Shown here piece after piece: positions 11,529-21,506 of a stretch of 64,000 nucleotides of DNA. This stretch comes from Acidobacteriota bacterium (lineage in GTDB: Bacteria > Acidobacteriota > Vicinamibacteria > Vicinamibacterales > JAFNAJ01): the NCBI GenBank assembly GCA_023384575.1, contig JAHDVP010000020.1, positions 2,461 through 66,460 of the forward strand. The letters run 5' to 3'. Position numbers and translations under genes: made by a program. The notes beneath the pieces are model-generated. The model did not search any database. It saw only the letters and a list, made by a program, of their open reading frames with translations, and was not told the DNA's origin. The stretch's first letter is position 1. Every line of letters starts with the position of its first letter.

Positions 11529-12941
11529 ATGGGACGCATTCTCGTCGCCGACGACCACGATTCCCTCCGCCGCGGCCTGGTCCGAGTGCTCTCGGAAGCC
11601 GGGCACGAGGTCGAGGAGGCCTCAAACGGCAACCTGGCCATCGAGCGGCTCCACTCGGGCACCTTCGACGTCGTGCTGAGCGACCTGAAGATGGGCGGGG
11701 CCGACGGGCTCGACGTCCTGCGCTCGGCGAAGGCCATGCAGCCGACCACCGCCGTCATCCTGATGACGGCGTTCGGCTCGGTCCACACGGCGGTCGAGGC
11801 GATGCGGATTGGCGCCTTCGACTTCGTCCAGAAGCCGTTCGAGATCGAGGAGATGGAGGTCAAAGTCGAGAAGGCGCTCGAGCACCGGCGGCTGCGCCAC
11901 GAGGTCGACTACCTGCGGCACACGCAGAACGACATCTACCAGTTCGATCGCATCATCGGCGCGAGCGGTGCGCTGCAGCGCGTGCTGGACGTCGTGAAGA
12001 AGGTGGCCAAGAGCAACACCACGGTGATGATCCGAGGCGAGACGGGTACCGGCAAGGAGCTGATCGCCGGGGCGATCCACCACAACTCGCTGCGGGCCTC
12101 GCGGAACTTCGTCAAGGTGAATTGCGCCGCGCTCCAGGAGAACCTGCTCGAGTCGGAGCTGTTCGGCCACGAGAAGGGCGCGTTCACCGGCGCCGACAAG
12201 CAGCGCATCGGCCGCTTCGAGCAGGCCGACGGCGGCAGCCTGTTCCTCGACGAGGTCGGCGACATGAGCGCGAACACGCAGGCCAAGATCCTGCGGGTCC
12301 TGCAGGAGCACGAGTTCGAACGGCTCGGCGGGACGCGGACCATCCGCACCGACGTGCGCGTGATTGCGGCCACCAACCGCAACCTCGCGCAGATGGTCGC
12401 AAGCGGCCAGTTTCGCGAGGACCTCTACTACCGCTTGAACGTCGTCTCGATCGACATGCCGCCGTTGCGCGAGCGCAAGGAGGACATCCCGGCGCTCGCC
12501 GAGTTCTTCGTGCGAAGGTTCGCGGGCGAGCTGAAGAAGAAGATCGAGGGCCTCGCACCCGACGCCATGAAGCTGCTGCTCCGCTACAACTTCCCGGGGA
12601 ACATCCGCGAGCTCGAGAACACCATCGAGCGCGCGGCGCTGCTGGCCGACGGCCGGGTGATCTCGGCCGACGACCTGCGCCTCGGCGACCACGAGACGGC
12701 CGAGGGCAGCGACGCGCAGGCGGTGGTCAAGCTGCCGCCCCGCGGGATCCCGCTCGAGGAGATCGAGCGCCGCGCGCTCATCGAAGCGCTCAGGATGTCG
12801 AACTGGGTGCAGAAGGACGCCGCCGAGCTGCTGGCCATCAGCCCGCGCGTCATGAACTACAAGATCAAGACGCTCGGCATCGACTTCCCGAGGGGCCGGC
12901 GCACCGCGCTCGCGGCGATCGTCGGGCGCGGCGCGGCCTGA
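11529..12941 (+). CDS. Sigma54-dependent response regulator (NtrC family bEBP: REC + AAA+ + HTH)
   Basis: REC domain ILVADDHDSLR...LSDLKMGG. Walker A GETGTGKELIAGAIH. Sigma54-contact loop EKGAFTGA. C-terminal HTH AAELLAISPRVMNYKIKTLGI. Confidence 0.93.
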   Translation: MGRILVADDHDSLRRGLVRVLSEAGHEVEEASNGNLAIERLHSGTFDVVLSDLKMGGADGLDVLRSAKAMQPTTAVILMTAFGSVHTAVEAMRIGAFDFVQKPFEIEEMEVKVEKALEHRRLRHEVDYLRHTQNDIYQFDRIIGASGALQRVLDVVKKVAKSNTTVMIRGETGTGKELIAGAIHHNSLRASRNFVKVNCAALQENLLESELFGHEKGAFTGADKQRIGRFEQADGGSLFLDEVGDMSANTQAKILRVLQEHEFERLGGTRTIRTDVRVIAATNRNLAQMVASGQFREDLYYRLNVVSIDMPPLRERKEDIPALAEFFVRRFAGELKKKIEGLAPDAMKLLLRYNFPGNIRELENTIERAALLADGRVISADDLRLGDHETAEGSDAQAVVKLPPRGIPLEEIERRALIEALRMSNWVQKDAAELLAISPRVMNYKIKTLGIDFPRGRRTALAAIVGRGAA

Positions 12942-12944
12942 GGC

Positions 12945-12972
12945 GGGGCCGGGACGCCGGCGTCCCGACCCC
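12945..12972. terminator. Strong GC hairpin between convergent ntrC-like and ybaK-like genes (candidate bidirectional terminator, no U-tract)
   Basis: GGGGccGGGACGCC|GGCGTCCCgaCCCC: a perfect 8-bp core palindrome plus a 4-bp outer stem. It fills the 39-nt gap between the two stop codons. Confidence 0.45.
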
Positions 12973-12980
12973 CGCGTCGT

Positions 12981-13463
12981 TCAGTGCACGAGCCGGCCGG
13001 GGCCGAACGCGAACTCGCCGACGACCGGCTGCACGAGCGTCACGAAGTCGGCATACCGCATCCGGATGGCATCGGTGTGCGTGCCGCCGTTGAAGACGAT
13101 CTCCTGATCGCGGGCGAGCGAGTCGTCGACGAACACGCGCTGCCCGTAGAGCGGCCCGAACGGCGGCATCGCTCCGAGCTCGCACCCCGGATAGAGGTGC
13201 GCGAACTCGCGTTCGGTGGCGAGGCGCGCGGTGAGGCCGCCGGCGAGGCGACGCAACAGCTCCACGTCGACCCGGAAGTGCGCCGGCACCACCGCCAGCA
13301 CCGGTTCGGCATCGATCACGCACACGACGACCTTGGCCCACGACCGTCCCGGCACGTGCGCCATCGCGGCCTCCTCCTGGGCGGTGAACGCCAGGCGGTG
13401 GGTCATCGTGACGAACGGCACGTCGTGACGGCGCAGGAACTCGACGATGGGCGCGGCAATCAT
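12981..13463 (-). CDS. YbaK/ProX/EbsC-family aminoacyl-tRNA deacylase-like protein
   Basis: Trimmed from track ORF 12981..13682(-) to ATG (complement 13461-13463), which follows a strong GAGGAGG RBS. MIAAPIVEFLRRHDVPFVTMTH...GAMPPFG...IVFNGGTH resembles the YbaK fold pattern. Confidence 0.65.
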   Translation of the reverse strand: MIAAPIVEFLRRHDVPFVTMTHRLAFTAQEEAAMAHVPGRSWAKVVVCVIDAEPVLAVVPAHFRVDVELLRRLAGGLTARLATEREFAHLYPGCELGAMPPFGPLYGQRVFVDDSLARDQEIVFNGGTHTDAIRMRYADFVTLVQPVVGEFAFGPGRLVH

Positions 13464-13921
13464 GTCGACCTCCTCTGGGCCGCCGGCGGCACGCGTGCGA
13501 GCCTCGCTTCCCGCCACATCGCCCGCCTCTGCAGACGCGACCGGCGACACTGATAGTTGATCGGGTCGCTGCAACGACCGTACCTCGCGCCTCGTGCCGA
13601 ATTTGGCCGGAATGCGTCCGGCAAACGACCTGGGACCGCGCGACGCGTAGGGAAGGCCGTCAGACCGGCGGGAACCCGGCACGCCCCCCCCGCGAGACCC
13701 GGTGGCGTTGCGCCACCCCGCCTCCCGGAGGTGACAACGCCATGAGGCTTGACCACTATAGGCTCAGAGAACACTGACGCCCAGCGTGACCGGCCGAAAT
13801 GCAACCGTTATGACTTGACAAATGCCACTCTATGCTCTTTCCTGTCTAGGTCATCGTCTGAAGTGGGTTATCCACTTGACGATTCCTGACCAGCCGCCCC
13901 CCTCCGAAGGGAGTTCCCGCC

Positions 13922-16900
13922 ATGCGTGCCGCGACCGCCCGCCGACTCGCCACGGCCACCGTCTGCGCCTGGCTCGCGGCGAGCCTGCCCGCGACGGCCC
14001 AGCCAGAATCGGGCCTGCTGTTCCACCTGTCGGGATCGAGGGGCCTGACGGCCGACCACGCCGCCAACGGCCGGCACGACCCGAACTTCGCCGCCGACGT
14101 GCGCATCGTCGACGCCGGCGCGGTGGGCCCGGGCATCGAGTGCGACCACACGCAGCTGCTCTCGTACTGGGCGCCGGGCAACATCTACGCCGAGCGCGGC
14201 ACGCTGGCCTTCTTCTGGCGCGCCCGCGAGCCGGTGGGCCCGACCGAGTTCCCCGTGTTCCGGGTCGGCTACGCCGACCACTCGAGCTGGGACATGGTGT
14301 GGCTGCGAATCGACTACAACGGCAAACCCGGCTTCGACGCCTTCGTGACCGACGCCAGCCTCGCCCGCACCCGGGTCTCGCACGCGCTGTCCGCCGCGCT
14401 CGACCCGGCGCGCTGGATCCATCTCGCCCTCGCGTGGGACGAGACGACGGGCATCCGCTTCTACGTCGATGGCCGGCTCGTCGGCACGGCGGCGGCCACG
14501 GCGGTCTATCACGCCGCGCTCGACCAGTTCGGTCCCCACTCGCGCATCATCAGCCCCTACCAGGTACAGAGCCGGTACAACTTCGTCCGCGGCGGCGACA
14601 TCGACGAGCTGCGCATCTACGACCGGATGCTGTCGGACGCAAACGTGGCGGCGCTCGCGCGGGGCGAGGCGCCGGGGCCGATTCCGCCGCTCGCGCGCGA
14701 CCTCGGCACCGCGCGGTGGCGCGACGCGTGGTGGCTGCGCCATGGCTGGAACCGCCCTGGCGAGGCGCCGCCGCGGCTCGAAGGGCCGGCGACGACGATC
14801 CGCAAGGTCGAGATTCACGACGTGTACGACGTGAAGCGCTGGTGGTGGAAGGCCACCGACGGCATCAGGGAGACCACCTGGCCGGGCGTCTACAACCGGT
14901 CGCGGCTCCCGGGGCGCCTCGACTACTTCGTCCTCCCCGACTGGGACTGCTACTCGATCTCCGGCAAGGAGGTCACCTTCCACCTGCCCGACGAGCCGTG
15001 GAACCACCTCGAGGTGTCGGGGGCGGCGTCTGGCGCCTTCAGCCTGCAGCCGGCCGCCTCCGATCAGGGGGCGAGCGGCCGGCCGCTGTTCGAACGTCAC
15101 GAGGGCCAGGAACGGACGAGCCACCGCCTCGACACGGCGGCGCGCGGCGGCCGGCTGCGCTTCGTCAACGTCGAGCAGGAGACGCCGATTGGCGAGCTCT
15201 CGGCGTATCACATCGCCCCGGGGGGCGAGCCCGAAGGCGTGGCTCGCCTCACCTATCGCCTGGGGGTCTCGTCGACCGAGCACCTGGGTCTCGACTCGCT
15301 CGTCGACTTCATCGCCGGCCGGTTCGCGCCCGACGAGCGGAGCACGCTCGTCGCCCTGCCCGCCGGCGTGGTTCGCACGCCCCGGCCGGCCGGCGGAGCC
15401 TCACTGCCATTCGCGCACGTCCTCGTGCCGGCCGACGTGCGCGACATCGATGGCGGCCGCCGCCGCGCGACCACGACGTACTCGTGGGTCAACATCGACG
15501 CCGTCCTCGACGGTATCGCCATCGACCTGCCCGCGCTCGACGTCGAGCCGACGCACGGCGACGTCTTCCCGATGAACATCCAGGTGAAGGATCCGATCTG
15601 GCCGCTGCGCAACCTGCTCGACGTCAACGTGTCGGTGACGCCCGGCCAGGCGCACACCCTCTGGCTCGACACGCGCGATCGCCTGCTCCCGCACGACCGG
15701 GGCCTGTACCTGACGATGGCCGGCGCCGGCGGCGATTTCGGCGCCGCGTCGCTCGAGGGCGCGGAGATCCGCCTGATCTTCAAGGCCCGCGAGCAGGGCC
15801 TCGCCGAGCACGTGCTCGACCGTTTCACCCAGGTCCGCGACAACTACGCGCACCTCGTCGAGGAAACCCCGCGGACGCGGCGCCTCAACCTCTTCACGCG
15901 GTTCGAGGCCGACATGATCGACCTCTTCCGCGCCGACCCGGGGCACGAGCTCGGCCGGCAGTACTGGTACGACGCCAATCGCGAACAGCCCCGACCAGCC
16001 GTCACGCTGGCGACGCCGCCGCCGGGCGTGCCGCTCTGGGCCTTCCGGCAGGTGGAGCTGCAGGGGCACGTGAAGCGCTTCGTCAACTGGTACATCGACC
16101 ACCGCCAGATCGAGAACGGCGAGCTCGGCGGCGGGCTCTCCGACGACGGCGACCTCACCAACTGGTGGCCGGGCACGGCGCTCGTCGGCGCGAACCCCGC
16201 GAAGGTCCTGGCCTCGCTGCGCCTGCACATGGACGCGTACTACGATCAGGGCCTCTTCACGAACGGGCTCTCGACGATCCAGACCGACGAGCTCCACAGC
16301 TACGAGGAGGGCATCCAGGTTCTCGGGCAGTCGCTGCTCGCCGACTTCGGCAACCCGCGGCACCTCGAACGGGCGATGGAGACGGCGCGGGCCATCGAGG
16401 GCCTGACCGGCGTGAACGGCGCCGGCCACCGCCACGTCCGGTCGATCTACTTCAGCGGCACGCGGCTCGCCGAGGAGGGGGTGTGGGGCTGGTCGAAGAG
16501 CCAGTCGTACCTGATCCTGCATCCCGCCATCGCGCTCGTCGACTACAACGGATCGCCGCGCATCAGGACGCTGCTCGTCGAGCTCGCTGATGGCCTGCTG
16601 GCCCACCGCCGGCGGGACGAGCACGGCAGGTGGCGACTGCACGCCGACGTGGAGTTCGCCACGGACCGCGATCTGCCGACGCCGCTCGACCGCCCGACGG
16701 CCTCGCTGCTCTGGGCCGCGTGGCGGTGGACCGGCGACGAGAAGTACCTCGCGCCGTTCGAGGACCACGGCCCCGCCAGTGTGCTGATGCTCAACGCGAA
16801 CGCGCTCGACCTGACGGGCCGCCGTGAGGCGTGGGGCCGCGCGCTGCTCGACCGCCCCGCACGCACCAACGCCTGGCGCCACGCGGCCTGGCAGCTCACG

Positions 16901-17716
16901 GGCGACACCTCGCACCTCGAGCAGGCCTACGCCGATCAGAGCACCGCGGCGATCCTGCGGTGGTTCATCAACACCGAGGGCAGTCTGTGGATCGACCGCG
17001 TGTCGGTCGAACACGGCGAGCTGCAGCGCTCGCGGCTCGGGGGCGTGGCGATCGTCCGTAACGGCATCGTGCCGGGCCACGTGGTGAGCTGGGACTTCGG
17101 TGAGGACGGCCGCGACGAGCACGTGGCCCTGCTCGTGCAGGATCCCACCCGCGAACGCGCGCGCGTCGTCGGCTTCAACCTGTCGCGCGAGCCCGTGAGC
17201 GCGCGCATGACGGCGTGGGACCTGACGCCCGGCCTGTGGGAGGTGACGCAGGGCACGGCCGCCGACACGACCGGCCCGATCGGCGCCGATCGGACGGTGC
17301 GACGCGTCGAGGTCGATCGCGGGTCCGAGATCGAGGTCAGCTTCGCGCCGGGGGTCCACACCGTGCTCGAGTGGCGTCTGGTGGAACCGGGAACGCCTTC
17401 GTGGTCGCGTCCCGATCTCGGCCTCTCGCGCGAGGGCCTCCGCATCGAGTCCGGGGCCGTCGTCGCGACCGTGCACAGTCTCGGCGGGGCGGCGAGTCCG
17501 GCGGCCCGGCTCGAGGTGCGCGATCGCGAGGGGCGGCTGCTCGGCCAGAGCCCGGTCCCGCCGCTTCCCGCTCCCGATCGCGCCGAACCCGTCTCGGCGG
17601 AGGTTCGCGTGCCGGTGCCCGCCGGCGCGAACCTCGCCGGCGGCGAGGTCGTCGTCGTGCCGGCCGCGGGCGTGCGCGAGATCACGCGACGCAACGACCG
17701 GGTGGGTCTCGAGTAG
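13922..17716 (+). CDS. Large secreted LamG (concanavalin-A-like lectin) domain protein with probable alpha/alpha-toroid and beta-sandwich domains; putative glycan-active enzyme
   Basis: Signal peptide ...WLAASLPATAQP. N-terminal region ...GTLAFFWRA...WIHLALAWDETTGIRFYVDGRLVG...DIDELRIYDRMLS is the LamG/Laminin_G_3 pattern. 1264 aa with uniformly high GC3. The remainder matches no family I can name. Confidence 0.8.
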   Translation: MRAATARRLATATVCAWLAASLPATAQPESGLLFHLSGSRGLTADHAANGRHDPNFAADVRIVDAGAVGPGIECDHTQLLSYWAPGNIYAERGTLAFFWRAREPVGPTEFPVFRVGYADHSSWDMVWLRIDYNGKPGFDAFVTDASLARTRVSHALSAALDPARWIHLALAWDETTGIRFYVDGRLVGTAAATAVYHAALDQFGPHSRIISPYQVQSRYNFVRGGDIDELRIYDRMLSDANVAALARGEAPGPIPPLARDLGTARWRDAWWLRHGWNRPGEAPPRLEGPATTIRKVEIHDVYDVKRWWWKATDGIRETTWPGVYNRSRLPGRLDYFVLPDWDCYSISGKEVTFHLPDEPWNHLEVSGAASGAFSLQPAASDQGASGRPLFERHEGQERTSHRLDTAARGGRLRFVNVEQETPIGELSAYHIAPGGEPEGVARLTYRLGVSSTEHLGLDSLVDFIAGRFAPDERSTLVALPAGVVRTPRPAGGASLPFAHVLVPADVRDIDGGRRRATTTYSWVNIDAVLDGIAIDLPALDVEPTHGDVFPMNIQVKDPIWPLRNLLDVNVSVTPGQAHTLWLDTRDRLLPHDRGLYLTMAGAGGDFGAASLEGAEIRLIFKAREQGLAEHVLDRFTQVRDNYAHLVEETPRTRRLNLFTRFEADMIDLFRADPGHELGRQYWYDANREQPRPAVTLATPPPGVPLWAFRQVELQGHVKRFVNWYIDHRQIENGELGGGLSDDGDLTNWWPGTALVGANPAKVLASLRLHMDAYYDQGLFTNGLSTIQTDELHSYEEGIQVLGQSLLADFGNPRHLERAMETARAIEGLTGVNGAGHRHVRSIYFSGTRLAEEGVWGWSKSQSYLILHPAIALVDYNGSPRIRTLLVELADGLLAHRRRDEHGRWRLHADVEFATDRDLPTPLDRPTASLLWAAWRWTGDEKYLAPFEDHGPASVLMLNANALDLTGRREAWGRALLDRPARTNAWRHAAWQLTGDTSHLEQAYADQSTAAILRWFINTEGSLWIDRVSVEHGELQRSRLGGVAIVRNGIVPGHVVSWDFGEDGRDEHVALLVQDPTRERARVVGFNLSREPVSARMTAWDLTPGLWEVTQGTAADTTGPIGADRTVRRVEVDRGSEIEVSFAPGVHTVLEWRLVEPGTPSWSRPDLGLSREGLRIESGAVVATVHSLGGAASPAARLEVRDREGRLLGQSPVPPLPAPDRAEPVSAEVRVPVPAGANLAGGEVVVVPAAGVREITRRNDRVGLE

Positions 17717-17724
17717 GGCCACGC

Positions 17725-17768
17725 GGCGCCCGGGCGCGGCACGCCGCCGCCCGGGCGGGCCGGGCGCC
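17725..17768 (+). terminator. GC-rich stem-loop after the LamG gene (GGCGCCCGG ... CCGGGCGCC) with nested palindromes; candidate terminator without a U-tract
   Basis: A 9-bp stem encloses 26 nt. The region contains the palindromes GCGCCCGGGCGC and CCGCCCGGGCGG. It lies between stop 17716 and the promoter at 17777. Confidence 0.3.
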
Positions 17769-17776
17769 GGCGCGTG

Positions 17777-17804
17777 TTGACTCCCGGGTCGAATTTCATA
17801 CAAT
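17777..17804 (+). promoter_or_regulatory. Near-consensus sigma70 promoter TTGACT-N16-TACAAT for the DUF885-like gene
   Basis: TTGACTcccgggtcgaatttcaTACAAT. It lies in one of the few AT-richer patches and is followed by RBS AGGAGAGGGG and ATG 17842. Confidence 0.6.
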
Positions 17805-17841
17805 CCCCTCACCTGCACGTTTCCAACAGGAGAGGGGACAC

Positions 17842-19518
17842 ATGCGTCAACCATCCACGAGGCGCCGGTTCGCCGCGCGCGTCACGAGCGGGATCGTCGC
17901 CACGCTGCTGCTCTCAGCCGCCCTGCCGCCGGCAGCCCGGGCGGCCGAGCCGAACGGTGCGGGTTCGCACGCCGACCTCGTGTCGTTGTTCCGCGAGTTC
18001 CTCGAGTGGCGCACGCCGCCAGCCGCCGAGGGCGTCGTCGACTACAGCCCCACCGCCGTCGCGGCGCGTCGCGCCGAGATGGAGCGCTTCCAGACGCGGC
18101 TGCTCGACATGGGCGTCGCGCGCTGGGAGCGGGCCCAGAAGGTCGACTACCTCGCCGTGCGCGCGCATTTCGACGAGGAAGAGTTCATCCTGACGGTCAC
18201 GCGGCCCTGGGCGCGCGACCCGGTCTTCTACACGGACCCGCTGCTGCGCACGGCGTTCACCGACCTGCCCGCCCGCGGCGAGGCGCTGGCCGCCCTGCAG
18301 CAGCGCCTGCGAGCCATTCCGAAGATCCTCGAGCAGGCGCGCCAGCACCTCACCGAGGTCGCGGGCGACTACGCCGACCTCGCCATCTTCAACCTCTCGA
18401 CCGACGACGGGGTCAACGCCGGCCACCCGTACCGCGAGGTACCCCCGGCGGGCGTGATCGGATGGTACGAGGACCTGCTCGCGCGCGCGAGCGCCCAGCC
18501 GGAGTTGAAGGCCGACATTTCGGGCGCGCTCCAGGCCGTACGCGGGTTCCACGACTGGCTGGTCGCCAACCGGAGCCGGATGACCGCCGAGAACGGCGTG
18601 GGCAAGGCCGCGCTCGACTGGTACCTGAAGCACGTCAAGATGATCCCGCTGACGTCCGACGAGGTCCTGCTCCTGGCACAACGCGAGTTCGATCGGCTGT
18701 GGAGCTTCTACGCAATCGAACGGCACCGCAACCGGCGCCTGCCCGAGATCGCGCTGCCGACCTCGCGCGAGGAGTACCACCGGCGGCTCGCGGAGACCGA
18801 CGCGCGGATTCGCAAGTTCCTGGTCGAGGAGCAGTTCATCACCATTCCCGACTACATCCCGACCGACTGGCAGGAGATGGGCTTCAACGTGCCCTGGATC
18901 GAGCGCAAGAACCCGCCCAACTTCTGGGAACAGGTGCAGTACCGCGACCCGACGCCCGACCACCTGCACGCCGTCATCCCGGGTCACCGGTTCGACACGC
19001 GGGTCGAGCAGCACCTCGCGCACCCGATCCGGCAGGTCAGCTTCGGCGACCGACGCGAGGGCTGGGCGGTGTACCTGGAGGAAGCGGCCCTGCAGGCGGG
19101 GCTGCTCGACGACCTGCCCCGCACGCGAGAGCTGATCTACGTCTTCGGCTTGTGGCGGGCGGCACGCACGATCGGCGATGTGCGCAACCAGTGGAACGAA
19201 TGGAACGTTGCTCAGACGCACGAGTACTGGCAACGCGAGGTGCCGTGGCTCGACGAGTTCGTGGCGCGCCGCTACAGCTACCTGCGCCCGACGCCGGCGA
19301 CGAGCCTCCACTACACCATGGGCGCCATCCAGATGTCGCGGCTGCTCGCAGACCGACGGCGCCAGCTCGGCGACGCCTTCGTGCTCGGCAGGTTCCACGA
19401 CGAGTTCATGTCGAAGGGCCGGATTCCCATCGCGCTCATCCGCTACGAGATGACCGGCGACGAGACGGATGTCCGGGAGTTCTGGAAGCGGACGAGGCTC
19501 GCCGACCTGAAGCGGTGA
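17842..19518 (+). CDS. Exported DUF885-like protein
   Basis: Trimmed from track ORF 17215..19518(+) to ATG 17842. Signal peptide MRQPSTRRRFAARVTSGIVATLLLSAALPPAARA. AVIPGHRFD and overall size resemble DUF885 (its conserved E..PGHH.Q region). Family call made from memory of the motif only. Confidence 0.7.
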   Translation: MRQPSTRRRFAARVTSGIVATLLLSAALPPAARAAEPNGAGSHADLVSLFREFLEWRTPPAAEGVVDYSPTAVAARRAEMERFQTRLLDMGVARWERAQKVDYLAVRAHFDEEEFILTVTRPWARDPVFYTDPLLRTAFTDLPARGEALAALQQRLRAIPKILEQARQHLTEVAGDYADLAIFNLSTDDGVNAGHPYREVPPAGVIGWYEDLLARASAQPELKADISGALQAVRGFHDWLVANRSRMTAENGVGKAALDWYLKHVKMIPLTSDEVLLLAQREFDRLWSFYAIERHRNRRLPEIALPTSREEYHRRLAETDARIRKFLVEEQFITIPDYIPTDWQEMGFNVPWIERKNPPNFWEQVQYRDPTPDHLHAVIPGHRFDTRVEQHLAHPIRQVSFGDRREGWAVYLEEAALQAGLLDDLPRTRELIYVFGLWRAARTIGDVRNQWNEWNVAQTHEYWQREVPWLDEFVARRYSYLRPTPATSLHYTMGAIQMSRLLADRRRQLGDAFVLGRFHDEFMSKGRIPIALIRYEMTGDETDVREFWKRTRLADLKR

Positions 19519-19607
19519 GCGGCCCCACCCCGGGGGCGGAGCCGGAACGTCCAGCACCGGACGGGCCGGCGACGCCCCGGCGGGCTGGCCCTGGGGCGAT
19601 CGTGTTC

Positions 19608-20267
19608 TCAGCGATGGAAACGACGACGTGCGGCCGCCAGCCCGAGGAATCCGAGCCCGACCAGCATGGTGAGTGCGGGCTCGGGCACCGTCTCGTAGCT
19701 GCCATGAAAGAGAACGCCGAAGGGGTTGCTGGCCGGCGTCGTGCCCGTCCCGACCTGGTACACGTCGAATCGGATGACGTCGTTGCCGGTGGCCGTCCAG
19801 GCGAACACCGCCGACTCGTTCGGCTCACATCCGATCGGACCGTCGGCACAGATGTTCTGCGTGAAGTTCGGGGCCTTGACCTGGACCCCGTTGAAGAACA
19901 CCCCCGCGGTGTCGTCGGCCCAGATCCGGAAGTTGATGGTGGTGCCGGCGATCGTGTCGAGCGTGTAGACGAACGACATCAGCGGCCCGACCTGATTGAT
20001 GGGCGCGAGAGTACCCGTGATGCCCGTGTCGGCGTACGACACCCAGACGGCCCCGGACCCGTCCGGATCGTTCGGCTGCCACAGCCCGTGCGGCGTGATG
20101 GCCGTGGTCGTCCCGCTGCACGACGCCGAGCCGCCACACACGGCAGTGTTGGTGCTCGTCCAGTCGATGCCCGCCCCTGACGCGAACGTGATGGTCGCCG
20201 CCCCGGCCGACGCCGGCAGGCACCCCATGACCAAGACCGCCAGACACGACCTCGTCAGTCGCTTCAT
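19608..20267 (-). CDS. PEP-CTERM sorting-signal protein (exosortase substrate)
   Basis: Start at ATG (complement 20265-20267): MKRLTRSCLAVLVMGCLPASAGA. C-terminus VPEPALTMLVGLGFLGLAAARRRFHR is PEP motif + TM + basic tail. Confidence 0.85.
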   Translation of the reverse strand: MKRLTRSCLAVLVMGCLPASAGAATITFASGAGIDWTSTNTAVCGGSASCSGTTTAITPHGLWQPNDPDGSGAVWVSYADTGITGTLAPINQVGPLMSFVYTLDTIAGTTINFRIWADDTAGVFFNGVQVKAPNFTQNICADGPIGCEPNESAVFAWTATGNDVIRFDVYQVGTGTTPASNPFGVLFHGSYETVPEPALTMLVGLGFLGLAAARRRFHR

Positions 20268-20471
20268 CGTCGCCCCCGTGTCTCGTTCGCGCCCGCGACG
20301 GGCGCGCGTCCTCGCCACCTTTGCAAGACACGATCCCCCTGCTGGTCCCGGTCGTCACAGGCGGGTGGAGGGCGAAGTTCGGGCCAAAATGTCCGACTGT
20401 GCAAGACCTGACCTGGCGTGAGACGTTCACGTTGTCAGCCACCGGGACGACTTCAGTCGCCTTCGGCACGC

Positions 20472-21506
20472 TCACGCCCGCGGATGGCTCTTCTTGTAGA
20501 CCGCCATCAACTGCGCGAGATCGACGTGCGTGTATCGCTGCGTGGTCGAGAGCTGCACGTGCCCGAGCAGCTCCTGGATGGCCCGCAGATCGGCGCCCCG
20601 CTGCAGGAGGTGCGTCGCGAACGAGTGCCGCAGCGCGTGCGGGCTGATGCCGAACCGCGTGCTGCACTGCTGCACGTACCGCCGCACGAGGCGGTGCACG
20701 CTGCGCGCGCTCAGGCGCCCGCCGCGGTAGTTCAGGAAGAGCGGCGCCTCGCGTGGCGCCGCGGTCGCCCGGCGCCGGGGCAGGCCGCCGGCGCGCCGCA
20801 GCGCCTCGCGCTCGGCCGTGAGGTCGGCCTCCGTCCGCGCCCCCTCGACGAGCAGCCCGCCCCGCAGGATCCACTCGCGATCGCGCAGGTAGGCCTGCAA
20901 GGCGTCGGCGGCGCTGCGGTTGAAGGGCACGAGGCGCTGCTTGCGCCCCTTGCCGAGCACCCGCACCATCCGCGCCGCCAGGTTCACGTCGTCGAGATCG
21001 AGCCCGACGAGTTCGGACAGACGCAGGCCCGACGCATAGAACAGCTCGAGGATGGCCCGGTCGCGCCGCCCGAGCGGCACGCTCGTGTCGGGTGTCTCGA
21101 CGAGGCGCGTCATCTCGGCCTCGGTGAGGTGCGACGGGAGCGTCTGGTCGACGCGCGGCGCCACCACCAGGGCTCCGGGGTCGTGGTCGAGGGCACCCTC
21201 ACGCCGCAGATACCGCGCGAAGGTCCGCACGGCCGAGAGCTTGCGCGCCGTCGAGCTCGGCGCGTTCCCGCGGGCGTGCAGCTCGGCGAGAAAACCGCCC
21301 ACGGCCTCCCCGTCGACCAGCGCCGCCGGCACGTCCGCCCGCTTCAGCCCGCGCGACGACGCCAGGAAGGCCACGAACTGGCCCAGGTCGCTCTCGTAGG
21401 CCGTGACGGTGTGGGACGAGACGTTGCGGTTCAGTCGCAGGTAGTCGAGGAAGTCGGCCAGCTGCTCGACGAGCGTGTCGCGCGACGCGTCGAGCTTATG
21501 GGGCAT
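20472..21506 (-). CDS. xerC: Tyrosine recombinase XerC/XerD family (with ~35-aa insertion before the catalytic domain)
   Basis: N-terminal SAM-like domain LADFLDYLRLNRNVSSHTVTAYESDL. Catalytic residues in GLRLSELVGL, HALRHSFATHLL, LLGHVQLSTTQRYTHV. Confidence 0.9.
   Translation of the reverse strand: MPHKLDASRDTLVEQLADFLDYLRLNRNVSSHTVTAYESDLGQFVAFLASSRGLKRADVPAALVDGEAVGGFLAELHARGNAPSSTARKLSAVRTFARYLRREGALDHDPGALVVAPRVDQTLPSHLTEAEMTRLVETPDTSVPLGRRDRAILELFYASGLRLSELVGLDLDDVNLAARMVRVLGKGRKQRLVPFNRSAADALQAYLRDREWILRGGLLVEGARTEADLTAEREALRRAGGLPRRRATAAPREAPLFLNYRGGRLSARSVHRLVRRYVQQCSTRFGISPHALRHSFATHLLQRGADLRAIQELLGHVQLSTTQRYTHVDLAQLMAVYKKSHPRA

Noticed and set aside
13648-13690. Cobalamin-riboswitch-like TAGGGAAGGCCGTCAGACCGGCGGGAACCCGGCACG upstream of the LamG gene; the same question was asked of 54401-54598 upstream of the TonB receptor
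   Set aside because: Only the AGGGAA plus short-stem portion resembles the motif. There is no B12 box (..GCCACUG / AGYCMGGAGACCKGCC) in either region, and the downstream LamG gene is not B12-related.
20403-20416. CAAGACCTGACC, matching one arm of the 43-bp palindromic repeat
   Set aside because: Only 12 nt match and no partner arm is nearby. It could be a decayed half-copy or chance.
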